The notes: a model not told the origin generated them from the sequence alone. Numbered from the whole stretch's first letter, positions 39,718-51,803 are shown. The stretch: 63,859 nt of DNA, filler included, from Choristocarpus tenellus KU-1152 (GCA_964200185.2; 13 parts of 13 records of this genome joined end to end with filler, not necessarily neighbours in it), one strand, 5' to 3'. Made by a program: numbers and translations.

Positions 39718-42155
39718 CTTTTGGCAGTACGGACACCAGGCTGCGGTGTCCCTGTACAGTGTTACTCGCGGTTCCTCTGTGGTCCCAAAAAGCCTGACCT
39801 TGGTATCCGTGTGAGGGGGGCCTGCTCCCTCAGACCAGAGCCTAAACAAGGCAGCAGCAGTAACGCGGGGGAGGGTCAAGGTACTTAAGAGGGTAGGAGT
39901 TTTGTCCTGATTGTCCATTCGGGGCTTGGCTTCCCGCTCGTTTCTTACGCCCCTTTTTCGGTTTTCTGTGTGAACATAGTTGCCAAAAATGTATATGGGT
40001 ATGAAAGAAAGGTGTGTCCGGAGCAAGGATGCTGACACTTTCTAACGAGCTCGATAGCCAAGGTCCATCGAAATCGCAACATTGGATTAATGGACCCAGA
40101 ACGGACGCGACCCCCTTTCCCTTTTAAATGCTTTGACTCGAGAGTTAGTACCAGTCAAGAAAGAGGACGCAGTCTTCAAGCACAAACTCAAAGCATTTTT
40201 TTTTTTCTAGCTCATGACAAATGGAGTTATAAAACATCCATCCCACTAGCATATCAAATACAGCATCAGAACAAGTCATGCGGCGAACCAGGACCGCGCT
40301 CCACGGAACCGGGGACCGCGCTCAAACTGCCGTGCAAGGACCATGAACTGTCTCAGAACAAGTCGCGTGGCGAACCGAACCAGGACTGTGCTCCACGGAA
40401 TCAGGGACCATGCTCGAACTGCCGTGCAAGGACCATATACTTTCACAAAAAAAAAAGGTACAGACGCTTAGGAATGTTAGAGCGCCTTGAGCAAAAAAGT
40501 TTGGCATTCCAATTTCGCACATGTCCTTTTTGTCGGGGGAAGTCAGAAGCACGACACTGCAGTTAATGTTGCAGCAGCACAGAACGTATCAAAGCTTGGA
40601 AGGCGTTTGTAATTCCAGACTTGAAGAATAGTAATGTTTAGGGTGAGGGTTTTGTGCACTTTCCTGTGAGAGGAGCTGCGCTAGTATCGCGATTCTGAAT
40701 TCGATCCCATTTCTGATTTCTTCAGACACGCCTGGACAATAAGTGGGCCACTGAAGTAACAGATACATGCTATATACATGTTCAATTAGTAGCGCTTCAG
40801 AACACACACACATACACACACACATGTTGCAATAACACCTCTCAAAAACAAAACCACTCTAAAATATTTTGAAGCAGCAAAAGCGTATACTCTTGCCGGA
40901 TATGCAAGTGCGACACCGACAAGAAGGAGATAGTGTACTGACTACATTTGCGGGACTGGGGTGAAGGTATCGGTGCGGGAGGTAGGGTAGTCAGCATCAA
41001 ACTATTAGGTAGGGAGGACTTAGGGTTAGTTGCTGCTGTTAGCCATGTCAGCATGTAGCCTATGCAACCATATGTACGAGCTATCTGGAGATTTTGAAGT
41101 ATGTACGTCGTAAAATATATATATTTTAAAGCTTATCTTGGCGACGCCAGCTTCTCAGAAAGGATAATGGTAGCTACCTTGTTGATTAATAGCAATCATT
41201 AAGATGAACTTTTAATGCAGAAAGGAAATGCTTGTGCCCGTCGCAAGGTTAAATGAAACATACTTGGAGCACTCCTCCCAGCAGTCACCATCACCGAGTG
41301 GGATGGACTGTAGGATAGATGGCCCCCAGTCGTCCTACTTCCTGAAGAATAGGATTTCCACCGATTGCGATGAAATTTTTCTACCTCATAGCTCAGAAAC
41401 GTTTGAGATCATCCCAAAAAAGGTAGACTGGGGCGGGGAAATGAAAAATTCGAAGTATGGAGTACATGATCATAACTAGAACACAAGCCTTCAAGTAGAT
41501 TGCACCTCTTGTTTTCTTCCAGTTCTAGTCCAGTCTTGGTTGTGGCAGCCTCGGAACGAAGATGCTCCCAAGATACCTGCGGAAGCGATGCAAACAGCGG
41601 CTGGCCCACAGGAGGTGGAGAAGGGGAGCCCATTTGGGATGCCATACGCCCAATATCGTCGAATAAGCCCAAGCGAAGTGAGGCAACCCTGCTTGGTCTC
41701 CTGAAGGATTGAAATTGGATATAGGGAGGATCAAGGTTCGGTATCAGTGCGCTCGAGTATAACCCTTGTCACCGTATTTCGCATCATAAGCTATTAGAGA
41801 ATGGATACATCTGCTTGTCTCGCACAGATTCGTCTCCACGCACCCCACCTGGGCACTCACTATATTTCCCTGCTCTCAATTACCAACGGAAGCACAAATC
41901 CTCCTAGCCCATTTCTAACAACGAAATCTGGTTCCATACCAGAGGCAAAAGGCCTTGATGCATCACAATGTTCCTAGGATAAATCAATGTTGACGTGGTC
42001 GAAGTGGCATCAGGCACCTGTCCTCCATGTCATCAGGGCGACGAGTTTCAGCTGCAACACTAAGCTCACCTGGAGGAACCAGTGGCCGGAGTGGTGAAGC
42101 ACAAGGCAGGGCACCCGTACAGCGCAGTCACTAGCAACGAGGGGAGCAATCTCAT
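39718..42155 (-). CDS. Plastid-targeted glutathione S-transferase-like protein (CPYC N-terminal domain), 5' part; exons 42155-42070, 41700-41506, 39841-39718
   Basis: Phase-consistent GT-AG splicing gives MRLLPSLLVTALYGCPALC-FTTPATGSSRRPSRVASLRLGLFDD... (signal peptide, then a Phe-start S/R-rich transit peptide) and VRLFGTTEEPRVTLYRDTAAWCPYCQK. Confidence 0.85.
39873..40139 (-). mobile_element. Diverged MITE family A copy (flanks GGGA/GAGA)
   Basis: gggtcaaggtacttaagagggta ... tgctttgactc with internal homology to the other copies. Confidence 0.8.
40267..40436 (+). repeat. Two-copy ~85-bp tandem duplication, GC-rich
   Basis: cagaacaagtc...ctgccgtgcaaggaccat occurs twice. Confidence 0.85.
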
Positions 42156-42412
42156 TCCTCCAAGGTGGTGTTCAGTGTTCAAGGAAGTTGTTGGTGATCC
42201 CAGTGCGCGCGTCATACTTAACGACACATGTAAAACAATTGGCTGGTACATTCCCCCACGGGAATTCTGCCGACACCATTTTTCTTCAACCCTTGTTCCT
42301 CTACATACACAAACCATGTAATTACCCCGCTTGCCCTCTCCCTTTCAACCACAAGTTGCCCTGCAAAGAGCGGGATCTACCATAGGCTGGAGTCCGTCGG
42401 TAGAGTACTCCT
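42156..42412. promoter_or_regulatory. Putative bidirectional promoter between the GST-like gene and GEMIN2
   Basis: Divergent predicted start codons 257 bp apart on one contig. Confidence 0.55.
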
Positions 42413-43638
42413 ATGGATAAGCCTGCCTTGTACGTCGGTGATCCAGAGGGGGTATCTCTTGAAGAGGACGAGGCAAGTGCTACAGAAGTGCAGTAGATCC
42501 CTTCACCTTGCAACACCTCAAATATCACTTTAGGGAATACGCGTTAGAGACTAGATGCTGAATTTCAAAACAGGCTATAATCATTTCTATTTCACATGTC
42601 CTATTGTGGGGGTGTGAGTGACATTTGTTGTCTTAATTAACTGGTACAGATCGCATTCACATCACAACTCAAGCCTTGCCCCACTTCAGGTTTGCTGCAT
42701 CAAGATCGAAACCCAACATACACCAACACAATCCAACCGCTTCCATGCTTCTCTATCTCGACCCTCTGAATAAGGTTCGAGAGCGAATGCTGCAGGGTCT
42801 CCCTCCAGAATCTGCTGAAGAGTACTTGTTGCGTGTGAGGTGAGTGAAGCTAACACAACACTGTGTAGTGTAGGGCTATGCATTCTGGACACTTGCGGTC
42901 TCAGGCTGCACGTCTACGCGATTGCATGTGCACAGATGTCTTTGCGCAGAGGAGTTCGAAGCTGCTGTTTGAGCGTCAAGTTACCTAATAGAAGCGCCTT
43001 TGTGTGAGTGTCACGCCCTAGAAGTAAGTATGAATGGATCTTTGTAACCAGTATGTTTGTTGCACGTGCCCGCCCAAGATGTGTCCGAAATGTAGCATAC
43101 GCGCGATCCATGGCACCCTCACCCATTCATACCATCACAATGTGAGGCTAACGAGCCCTTGGTATCAACTATTTTGTTGTACGTTCCCTGTTTTCCCCTG
43201 ACTTGCTCAGTGAAATCTCTTCATTTTGATTACTTACTCAGAAGTGACGCAAATTAGTGAAGGTGCTCTGCATAATGCAGCCCTCCCACGTCTCCGACCT
43301 AAATATTCCACGTACTATGAGCTGCAGTATACTATACACAGCGCACTGCAAATTATGTACTCCAACAAGTACGCTATAATAAATATTGTCCTGAAAACCC
43401 CAAAATATTTTGGAGATAACTAAATAACGCTACCCCAAACATTTTTTGAGGTTGCCTAGAATGCTCATGGGATGACCACACCCAATCCTCCGCTAGCTGG
43501 TGGTCTCATTTTTTGTGCAACGAACCTACTCTACTTTCTCTTGTGTCGGTCTCTCACCTGCTTGCTGGTAGGATCGAGTCAAGGGAGCTGCCAGATGTTG
43601 TGGAGGCGTTTGTGCCAGAAAGTCTCAAGAAGAAGCAG
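42413..43638 (+). CDS. GEMIN2: Gemin2 (SMN complex), 5' part; exons 42413-42472, 42775-42839, 43572-43638
   Basis: Splicing gives MDKPALYVGDPEGVSLEEDE|VRERMLQGLPPESAEEYLLRVR|IESRELPDVVEA, matching the Gemin2 N-terminal PxxxEEYLxRVRxExxxxPDVV motif. Missed by the ORF track because the exons are short. Confidence 0.8.
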
Positions 43639-45047
43639 GTGCGAACGTCTCTACACAGGGGTGACATACGAACTAATTGTCAGGAATAGGACCTGTATAG
43701 TAATTGACCCCTCTTTTTTTCGTAAGTTAACATCATGGATGCTGTAACCAGGATTACAGCATCAAGGGGAAGAGGGAGAGATGGTGCCTTACACATATGG
43801 GGAAGGCTCTGAAAGATCAATCACCCCAAAAAAAAATGGTTATGCAAAAATAAGATAAAAATTTTACTCACGCTTGTCCTCGTCCAAGAATGCTTGGGGA
43901 TGTAATACTTCGCCCTGAAGTGTCTGCCTCTTTTCTTTTATACCTGTTCTAGAATGGTTTTTTAACCAGGGGTGCATGCACAAAGTCCTTACAAACCAGT
44001 GGGTAGCAAAAAAAAATCAAGGTCGCCTCCAACGCACTGAAGCAGTGCATAGCACGATTGGTCTTACAGTGGTTTGCACGTTTCGAAATCCCACACACAC
44101 TACGCCTTTCCCATGCATTGCACTCCCCCCCCCCCCCCCCCCCCCTCCCCCCCCGGCCGAACACCCCAAGCCATTTTTTTGCCCCTTTCGTCCAATCACT
44201 AAAGAATCGCGAAAGAANNNNNNNNNNNNNNNNNNNNNNNNNNNNNNNNNNNNNNNNNNNNTTAATTAATTAANNNNNNNNNNNNNNNNNNNNNNNNNNN
44301 NNNNNNNNNNNNNNNNNGGATTGGGAGGAAATGAACAAAAGCGAAATGAGTCGCTTCTCCCAAAAATGATCCACCAGGTAACCACTATGCATCCAGAAGC
44401 CAAGGTACGTGAGGTCTAACGAATTCATGTAAGAACACATGGATCGTTGACAGTCCTAGTCCCCACAGAACATAAGGCAGGAGAAGTCAGAAACAGGAAG
44501 TAACCCATATTAGCCCAGGCAGTAGTTTATATAGGATGCTTTTGTTTCTTTCCCTTCTTACCTTTTTTTTGTATTGTTAATATTTATTTATCCCTTTGTT
44601 TTGGTTCTTTATATTATTATCATCATTCTTTATTATTAATTTTTATCTCCTTGCTTCCCTTTTCTTTTCTTTTCTTTCTGTCAGCCCTGGCATCCCCGTA
44701 TAGTTTCACTTACTTTGCTATACATTGCTTAAGTTCTTCCCCCTCTTTCCTTCCCTCCTTTTATTTTTTACGTTTTTGATGGAGGCCGACGTTGATGTTA
44801 TTGCCTGTGTTACGCACTAGCAGCTGTCAGTATGCTTCGTGCTGGGGGGCATGAGACAGGCAATAATCAGATGATACTTGGCACTCTAGGGAAGCTGTTT
44901 TTAGAGAAAATGAATATATCTCCTGATTAGGCTAGATGTAGACAGATTTTCCCAAGTAAGTCAAGGATAGATGTTGTTGTGGACCTAGTAGGAGTACGGT
45001 ATCCTTTTCTCTCGCTCCTTTTTTTGCAACAGGATGATCTGAGGTGA

Positions 45048-45227
45048 GGCTCAAAGTATCTGGGGGGGGGGTGGTGGCTGTCCATTTGGGGTCCATTTTT
45101 TCATATCGCGATTTTTGGGTGATTTGGTTGCACACATCAGATGGATAATGTAGATGAATTTTTCCTTATTTCTGTCCAAATGGACACCCTGGTGTAGACC
45201 CCCCCCCCCCCCCAGATACTTTGGGTC
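45048..45227 (+). mobile_element. MITE family B, full length (flanks TGA/TGA)
   Basis: TIRs GGCTCAAAGTATCTGGGG / CCCCAGATACTTTGGGTC. Confidence 0.9.
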
Positions 45228-45789
45228 TGATTGATATCTATTGTCTTCACCAGTGAAAATGGCCTGTGGTAAGCGTAAAACATGTGTTGCTAGTTCATGC
45301 TGGGGGGCATGTTACAGGTGAATAGCGCGAGCGTTTCTTCTTGTATTCCAATGAAGTGCGAGCATTTGTTACACGCGAATAGCGAGAGCATTTTCTCCTC
45401 ATGTTTTAGGAAATACGAACGTTTGTGACGGACGTATAGTGTGAGGATTATTTCTCGAGTTCTGACAAGTACGACTATATACGATATTAGTAACACATAG
45501 GTAGCCTTACAGAATAAATTATGATTTCGTAGAAGATGCCGAGTAAGATTCGGAATATACATATTTAACATTACAGAAGAAAATGTCAAAGTCACTAAGA
45601 AGTTGAATAATAAAGGTTTATGATTGGAGTACCTATAGAGCAGTTGATAGAAGACCAAAGAAATTGGGTGGATGATGAAAATAATAAGAGGACTTTTAGT
45701 GGAAACACTTTTACCCCTCTTATGCCAGTCTTATCTTTTGAACNNNNNNNNNNGAGTCAAGCTTTGAGCTAAGCACTGAGTGGAGTATC

Positions 45790-45913
45790 AAGAGAAGGCT
45801 ATCTGACACCCTACAAACTGTTGTAAAAGGCAACGCCCTATAGCGTCGTTTTTAAGGTCGTTGGATTTGAGTTCTACATCCTGTGGAGGTGAGTTCTGAG
45901 GGGCGCCTGTAAC
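45790..45913 (+). mobile_element. Short fragment homologous to the upstream part of the element at 54598-56113
   Basis: tagcgtcgtttttaaggtcgttggatttgagttctacatcc...gaggggcgcctgtaaca matches the reverse complement of 56040-56110. The left boundary is approximate. Confidence 0.7.
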
Positions 45914-46700
45914 AGGTGTGCTCCAACTCACAGCTTCTGTCCCAAATTTCTCAAAGTCGTCTTGGAGGCATGTCCACCCTTTCTTCTCCTCTCCTCCAGC
46001 TTGCTTTCTTTTTCCAGTTGCAACCTCCCCAAACACCAATGTCTTAGGAAGGCGCTCATCTCCCATGTGGGGAACTGGCCAAGCAAATTAAATAGGAGTC
46101 TTTGCTTGTACACCATTGAGTCGATACTTTCACAGCCAATTTTCTCAAGAGAATATTTGTAAGGACAGGATGTGATTAGCGTGTTCCTGTATGCGGAATC
46201 TATACAAGAGTAGAGAAGGAACCTGTGGTGATGAGAGAGGGAGTTCAGATACTGAACCTGGCAGAGTGTTCATTTTATACAACCATGTAACAGAGTTTCA
46301 ACTACTTAAGCCTTGATCATTGAATCCTAAGCTCAAGTGAGACACCAGATGTCCTGTTATACAGCACTTTACTGTCTTTGCGGAAACAACTCCAAGCTTT
46401 CTGAATCCTGTAGCTGATCTCAGCAGTGGTAGCGGTTGTGTCACTGATGGCTCCCCCAAGGTAAACCAATCTATCAGTCTGTAGGTCTGGTGGGTGCCTG
46501 GATCTGAATGATGTCTGCAACCTGGTTAGGAGACCAAAGAAGCATGGTATCTGTCTTTGTTGCTGACAGAGTCTAACCAAATGATCTGGCCACCTTCACA
46601 AGTACCGTCATCATCCTGGTCCAACCTCCTTGGGTCTCGGAGACAATGCCCACACCATCAGCTTGAAGCGTAATGACAAAAAGTCACTCAAGTGTTTTCC
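45914..46700 (-). mobile_element. Decayed RTE-type LINE, C-terminal part of the RT ORF
   Basis: Fragments VYLGGAISDTTATTAEISYRIQKAWSCFRK and MGDERLPKTLVFGEV...KKGWTCLQDDFEKFG match the RTE-clade motifs F.YLG..I, RI.KA...F and RM.D.RLPK..L.GE; frameshifted. Confidence 0.85.
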
Positions 46701-46996
46701 TACTCCCTGGTACTCCTCCTCCTCTGAATCTTGTTGTTTGTGGATGCTTTCTTCACCACAATAATCCTTGGAGATTGCCTAATACAAGTGTTTGACTCCT
46801 AATACCAATTGTTGTCTCTCGTACCAACTCTTGGTCCCTCAAATACAACTGTTTCATCCCTAATACAACCGTTTGGTGTTTAGTACCAATGTTTGGTTGC
46901 AGTAGTAATCTAATGTCAACGTTTGGTCTCTAATACCAACATTTGGTCCCATACCAACATTTGGTCCCTGACACCCAATTGGTCTCTACAACAAAT

Positions 46997-47104
46997 AACA
47001 GCCTATTTCAAAAATTGAGGACGGAGCTTTTCATTGAGGATGGGCTTGACCCAAAATTGACTGGGATTAAGTGTCGATATGTATTTTTTTTAAATTAGGC
47101 TGTT
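46997..47104 (+). mobile_element. MITE family D deletion derivative, TSD AAAT
   Basis: aaat|aacagcctatttcaaaaattgagg ... taggctgtt|aaat. Confidence 0.88.
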
Positions 47105-47431
47105 AAATGTCTGGTCCATAATGCCTATTTTTGTCACTGATACCGATGCTTGAATCCTAATACCAACGCCTGGTTCCTAGCACCAAACCTTGGTCTCTAG
47201 CACCAAACCTTGGTCCCTAGCACCAAACCTTGGTCCCTAGCACCAGTAGTGTTTGGTCGCTGGCGCTAATGCTTGGTCCCTACCGCAAACGTTTAGTTCC
47301 CAATCCTTCATTCAATCCCCAATACCGACCTCTTGTCCCTACTACTAATGTTCGGCCCCCAATACCAATAACTAGTTCCACATCTCCAACGCCTCATCCC
47401 TATTGCGACGTTCTTGGTCTTGATTTCCAAC

Positions 47432-47692
47432 GAGTCAAAGTAAACGAGAGGTAACCAAAGTTGCATTTTAGAGATGCTTGCAAATATACACAAAATTCGA
47501 CCTTTTTTTACAAACGTGGTAGGATATTCTTTGAATTTGGTAGAAAAGCTTCAAAGAGTAAATAAATCAACGCCATCAAGTTAAACTTGGCACTTCATCC
47601 ATAGAAACATGGGTGATCTGCAATAGATTGAGAAACTGTCTTAAAATGCAAAACGACCAAAACGTGGATATACCTCTCTTTTACTTCGACTG
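47432..47692 (+). mobile_element. MITE family C
   Basis: TIRs gagtcaaagtaaacgagaggta / tacctctcttttacttcgactg; reverse homolog of 50892-51158; at least AAC is duplicated at the flanks. Confidence 0.85.
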
Positions 47693-48119
47693 AACGTTTG
47701 GTCCTTGATATCAAGATTCGACTTTTAATATGGACTTTTGGTTTCCAATCAATACCAGTCTTTGGTCTGTCAAGAAAACCCTTTTAATTATATTAGGTAA
47801 GAAACAATCAGTTGATCAATGAAAAAATGTTTTTTAAGGATTGGAGATAAGCATGGGTTAATGGACTTCCTTAAGGACTTCAGGGATTGGAAATATTGTG
47901 GGAAACAATCGGTGATTACTGATTAGTGATTAGTAATCAAGGGAATGAGTGATTGGTGACAGTGGTGACAAGGGAGTCCTCCTTCTAGGGACGAAGCTCA
48001 ACTCCTTTCTCCCTTCCTTCATCTACATCCAGTTCAGTCCTGGGAGGAATTAAGCATTACATCCATATACACAAGTCTTCGAAACTACATAGTTTCTTTA
48101 GAATGCATTTCTAATAAAA

Positions 48120-49340
48120 ATGTGCGAAGTTTTCGAGGCAACCCCGAGTTGTTAGGAGGAGAAGTCCCGATGGAGGAGGTCATCAGTAACGTCGAAAGTG
48201 GTGCAGCGAGTACAAAGGAGAGAGTCACAACCCAAGAAGCTACCGAGGCTGAAGATGGTGACGAAGAAATCGAGTTAGGCTTCAGAGATGACGAAGAAGA
48301 GACGGTTGAGAGAACCGCAAACTGGACTAGGGCTGCAGGGGAGGGCCTTCATCAACTTATCTCACTTCCTTCCAAGTTTCAGGTTTATAGCGGAAATGAT
48401 GATAAGGATGGGTTTCCCACTTATGAAAGAGGTTTTCTTAACGTAAGAATATATGTGTAGGTGGAAGGACACTCTCCTTAATCAAGATCACATCAAGGTG
48501 GGCTGATCAGATTCGACGTGACAGTATAGAACTAGAGTCCGAGAAGCAAGCTTGTTGATGGTGGGAGATAGTTATGAGCGAAAGTGGTTTACTAAGACAG
48601 ATGGTGGACAACCATGTAGCCCATTTGTAGCATATGAGGCCTGTCTGAACCGTTCGGCAGAGGTGCGATAAACCGAACAAACTATTCTACGATCAAAGCT
48701 GAAAGTCTTCATCTACCTGTGGGGGAAAATCGAACTGTTGCCATAATGGAATTGGAACGACCCGCAAGAGGATGCAAATGTTAAGATTATGAGCGTAATA
48801 AGAGGCGCAAAGTATTGGTGCGCATAATTGTCTCGATGAGGAGACAATTTACTTGTTGAGCGCGTGATGCTATGATTGGCCCCCAAAATAGAGCTTGCAA
48901 GATCTGGAGGAATCAAAATGTTTCCAGCGCAAATGGCTGGAGAGCCAAGGAGGGGAATTGACGTCAAGTGGAGGATCTACAAAAGCTGAACTGCAGGGAG
49001 GTATTGGGGTCAGCAACCAAACGTGTGGAGTCCAATGAGTGCAGAGGATCGTACTTTCGTCTGACAATTGGAGTTGGTTTGGAAGCCTTCAGAGACCATG
49101 AGTGCAGTTTACCTAACCAATCTACTCCAGCTCTAGCTGCCCCTCTTCTACCTAGAGTATTTCGGATTACACTTAGGTGTGTTGAGAAGCTTTGAGAAAA
49201 AAAACACTCACCGCCAAGAGCTGCTGCAGGATTACATGGTGAACATAGTTGATAAATTATCCAATGGTCACCTATCTTTGTCAGCTATGACCTGGTGTAC
49301 ACGAGCAAAGACTGAATCATCATACCATTTATGTACGATA
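48120..49340 (+). mobile_element. Probable decayed Ty3/gypsy-like gag-pol remnant
   Basis: Broken ORFs. FQVYSGNDDKDGFPTYE resembles a gag N-terminus. GHLSLSAMTWCTRAKTESSYHLC weakly resembles the gypsy RT start (GxIxPSxSPW...KxDGSxRLC). Confidence 0.35.
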
Positions 49341-49341
49341 C

Positions 49342-49852
49342 CCAATACGAGGGCTCTTTTGATCCTTGTAGTTATAACCTCAACACCTTTGCGGTGGAAA
49401 GTTTTGGGTGCCTCGGTAAACAAGTGGAAAGTTTTTTTGGATTCGTTAACTATGCACGCAGTAGGGGGGAGAGGGACAGTAGGCTAAAACCGAAAAGGGA
49501 CTGTCAAATCCCGTCTATGACAGATAGTCTCAGTCACTACGCAAGTAGCCCTATCTAGACGTGCCATGCATTTTATGTTGGAGACACCAGCGAGATGAGC
49601 AAGGAGGGGCTTGTTATATTCTTGGGATGCTTCCCTATGTCACTCGTGTGCAGGACTAAGCTAGGTTGGGGGCACAGGAAGGCACTGGTGTAGCATAGCT
49701 GGTAGTAAAATAGTAAATTGATGAATGCCTTTCACATTTACGACAACTGTTACTTTTTGGGGGGTTATATATTACTTAGACCTCTGACATTTTGCATATG
49801 TGTGGAGAAAAAATATGTTTTTTTGTATCAGTGGAGACAATGTAAGCATAAT
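49342..49852 (+). mobile_element. 5'-truncated CRE-like retrotransposon copy (RLE C-terminus + 3' UTR)
   Basis: YEGSFDPCSYNLNTFAVESFGCLGKQVE is nearly identical to the peptide at 54776-55090; the 3' UTR also aligns. Confidence 0.8.
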
Positions 49853-49904
49853 ACCAATTATCGTAACATTCCATCCTCCACTGGATCTTTCGCAGGTGCA
49901 TTGT

Positions 49905-49966
49905 GAGCCAAAGTATCTTAGAGGGTAGAGCCGCGTCCATTTGGGGATCAAAATACAATGTTGTGA
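49905..49966 (+). mobile_element. MITE family A left end, cut by contig end
   Basis: gagccaaagtatcttagagggtagagccgcgtccatttgggg. Confidence 0.88.
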
Positions 49967-50066
49967 NNNNNNNNNNNNNNNNNNNNNNNNNNNNNNNNNN
50001 NNNNNNNNNNTTAATTAATTAANNNNNNNNNNNNNNNNNNNNNNNNNNNNNNNNNNNNNNNNNNNN

Positions 50067-50128
50067 CCCACCCGAAACGGCCCCCCCCTCCCAAACCCCC
50101 CCCCCCCCCCCCCAAGATACTTTGACCC
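50067..50128 (+). mobile_element. Related MITE terminus (GGGTCAAAGTATCT type); similar ends at 4652-4720 and 63809-63859
   Basis: C-run followed by agatactttgaccc, the same terminal core as families A and B. Confidence 0.65.
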
Positions 50129-50891
50129 TTGAGAAAGAGTCAGTAACTGCACAACAGGGAGCTCTTTCAAGGCATACCATGCTCTTCAAGGTGGAAACAC
50201 TGGATAGGTGGGCATGAAGGGACCTCAGAGGTTGTTGAGATTCTTCCCTAACTTCTGGACCACCTTTTTAAAGTGTCGGGCTAGGAGGATAGCCATGACT
50301 TTTCTTGGTGTGAACATTTATTCTTAGAGAACGAGACCATAAGTGATATGGTCAAATAATATAGTGCAGATTGAGAAGGTGCACTGAAAACTACAAGTAG
50401 TGCTGGTGCAGGATTTCTTGGTCTTTGTCTCATCCCTCAAAATATGTCGATGGGATCGATAAAATACTCTACAATACAATGAAATATGTTGAAGTGTGTG
50501 TAATAATGTTAAAACTTGATGTAAAATTCGCAGTTGTTGAATTCGACGATAAAACATTAATAATCTCACCCCCTAATAATACCAAAAATGTATGCAATGA
50601 GATGACATACTATGATAGATTCGGTACATCCATCCACTTCGCCACCATTAGTGAAGATATTGTTTTCGTAGATAGCTACCTATCGCAACACTCAAACCAG
50701 TGAATACCTGCAACTGCTGTCACATACCCCAATCCAGATATTGTGGACACATTGATCTGTCTAGGTGATGAAGGCAAACACCTGTGCTGTCGTTATGGCC
50801 AAGGAGGTGAAATTTATATAGGCGGGCATGTAGTACACGGGATGTAAAAAGGGGACAACATGAGATGTATTACATTTTTTTTTCACATACT

Positions 50892-51158
50892 GAGCCAAAG
50901 TAAGTGAGAGGTACCTAGATTTTGTCGAAGTTTTGCAGTTTAAGTCTGTTTTTCAATCTCTTGCGATTCACCCATACTTCTATGGATGAAGTTCGAAGTT
51001 TGACTTGAACACATTTTTTTCTCTATTGTTTGAAACTTTCCCGACACAATTAAGAAAATATCCAATACAATGTTGTAAAAAAAAGTCCAATTTTGAACAT
51101 ATTTGTTAGCATCCTTAAAATGCTGCTCTGTCTGGGTACCTCTCGTTTACTTTGACTC
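50892..51158 (-). mobile_element. MITE family C copy
   Basis: TIRs gagccaaagtaagtgagaggtacc / ggtacctctcgtttactttgactc. Confidence 0.85.
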
Positions 51159-51544
51159 TCTCCAAGTATGTTCCTATGTAGTAGATTGCGTAGACCTATA
51201 ACTAGTCACATATAGTATATCAGCTGACCCACATATACCATTGTTGTCTGTTTATGTATGGTATGTATGTACATGCATTTATATGTAGATAGATAGGTAG
51301 TTGGGGAGGTGGGAAGGTAGGTAGGTGGGTAGATAGGTAGGTAAACAGCGATAACAGTAGTGTGTCGACGAACAATGGTCACATAATGCTCTATATACGT
51401 AGATATGGTTGAAGAGGATTCGTTTGCTCAGTGTGTATCAGTTCTTGGATGCAAAGGTCAATTGTGACAGAGAGAGAACGATATGTGATGTTTTTTTGTG
51501 GAAAAGCAAACCCTGTCCATGAAAGTATGTCTCAAGAGATTAGA

Positions 51545-51803
51545 GAGCAAAAGTATCTTAGAGGGTAGAGCCGCGTACAATTGGGGGCAAAAATCCAATG
51601 TTGCGATTTCGATGTAATTTTGACAATCGTATTTGTTAAGAAGTGTCAATATCCTTGTTCTGGACACATCTTTTCATAATGTGTACATTTTACCAACTCC
51701 GAAATCTTTTGGAGTAGGGGAAATATCATAAAAACCTGAGGGAAGCCAAGCCCCCAAATGGACAAACAGGGCAAAACTCGTACCCTCTGAGATACTTTCA
51801 CTC
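51545..51803 (+). mobile_element. MITE family A copy, TSD TAGA
   Basis: taga|gagcaaaagtatcttagagggta ... gatactttcactc|taga. Confidence 0.92.

Larger units (their letters stand above)
46780..47769 (+). repeat. Degenerate 20-bp minisatellite, consensus TAATACCAACGTTTGGTCCC, interrupted by two MITEs
   Basis: Roughly 30 head-to-tail units with an internal ACCAA...TTGGT palindrome. Confidence 0.85.

Noticed and set aside
46780-47769. CRISPR-like array
   Set aside because: Units are head-to-tail with no unique spacers and are highly degenerate; the context is eukaryotic with no cas genes.
49776-49815. Local inversion of the 3' hairpin in the plus-strand CRE copy
   Set aside because: The 34979-35093 copy has an upstream TCTGACATTT on the sense strand at the equivalent position, so no inversion is needed to explain it.
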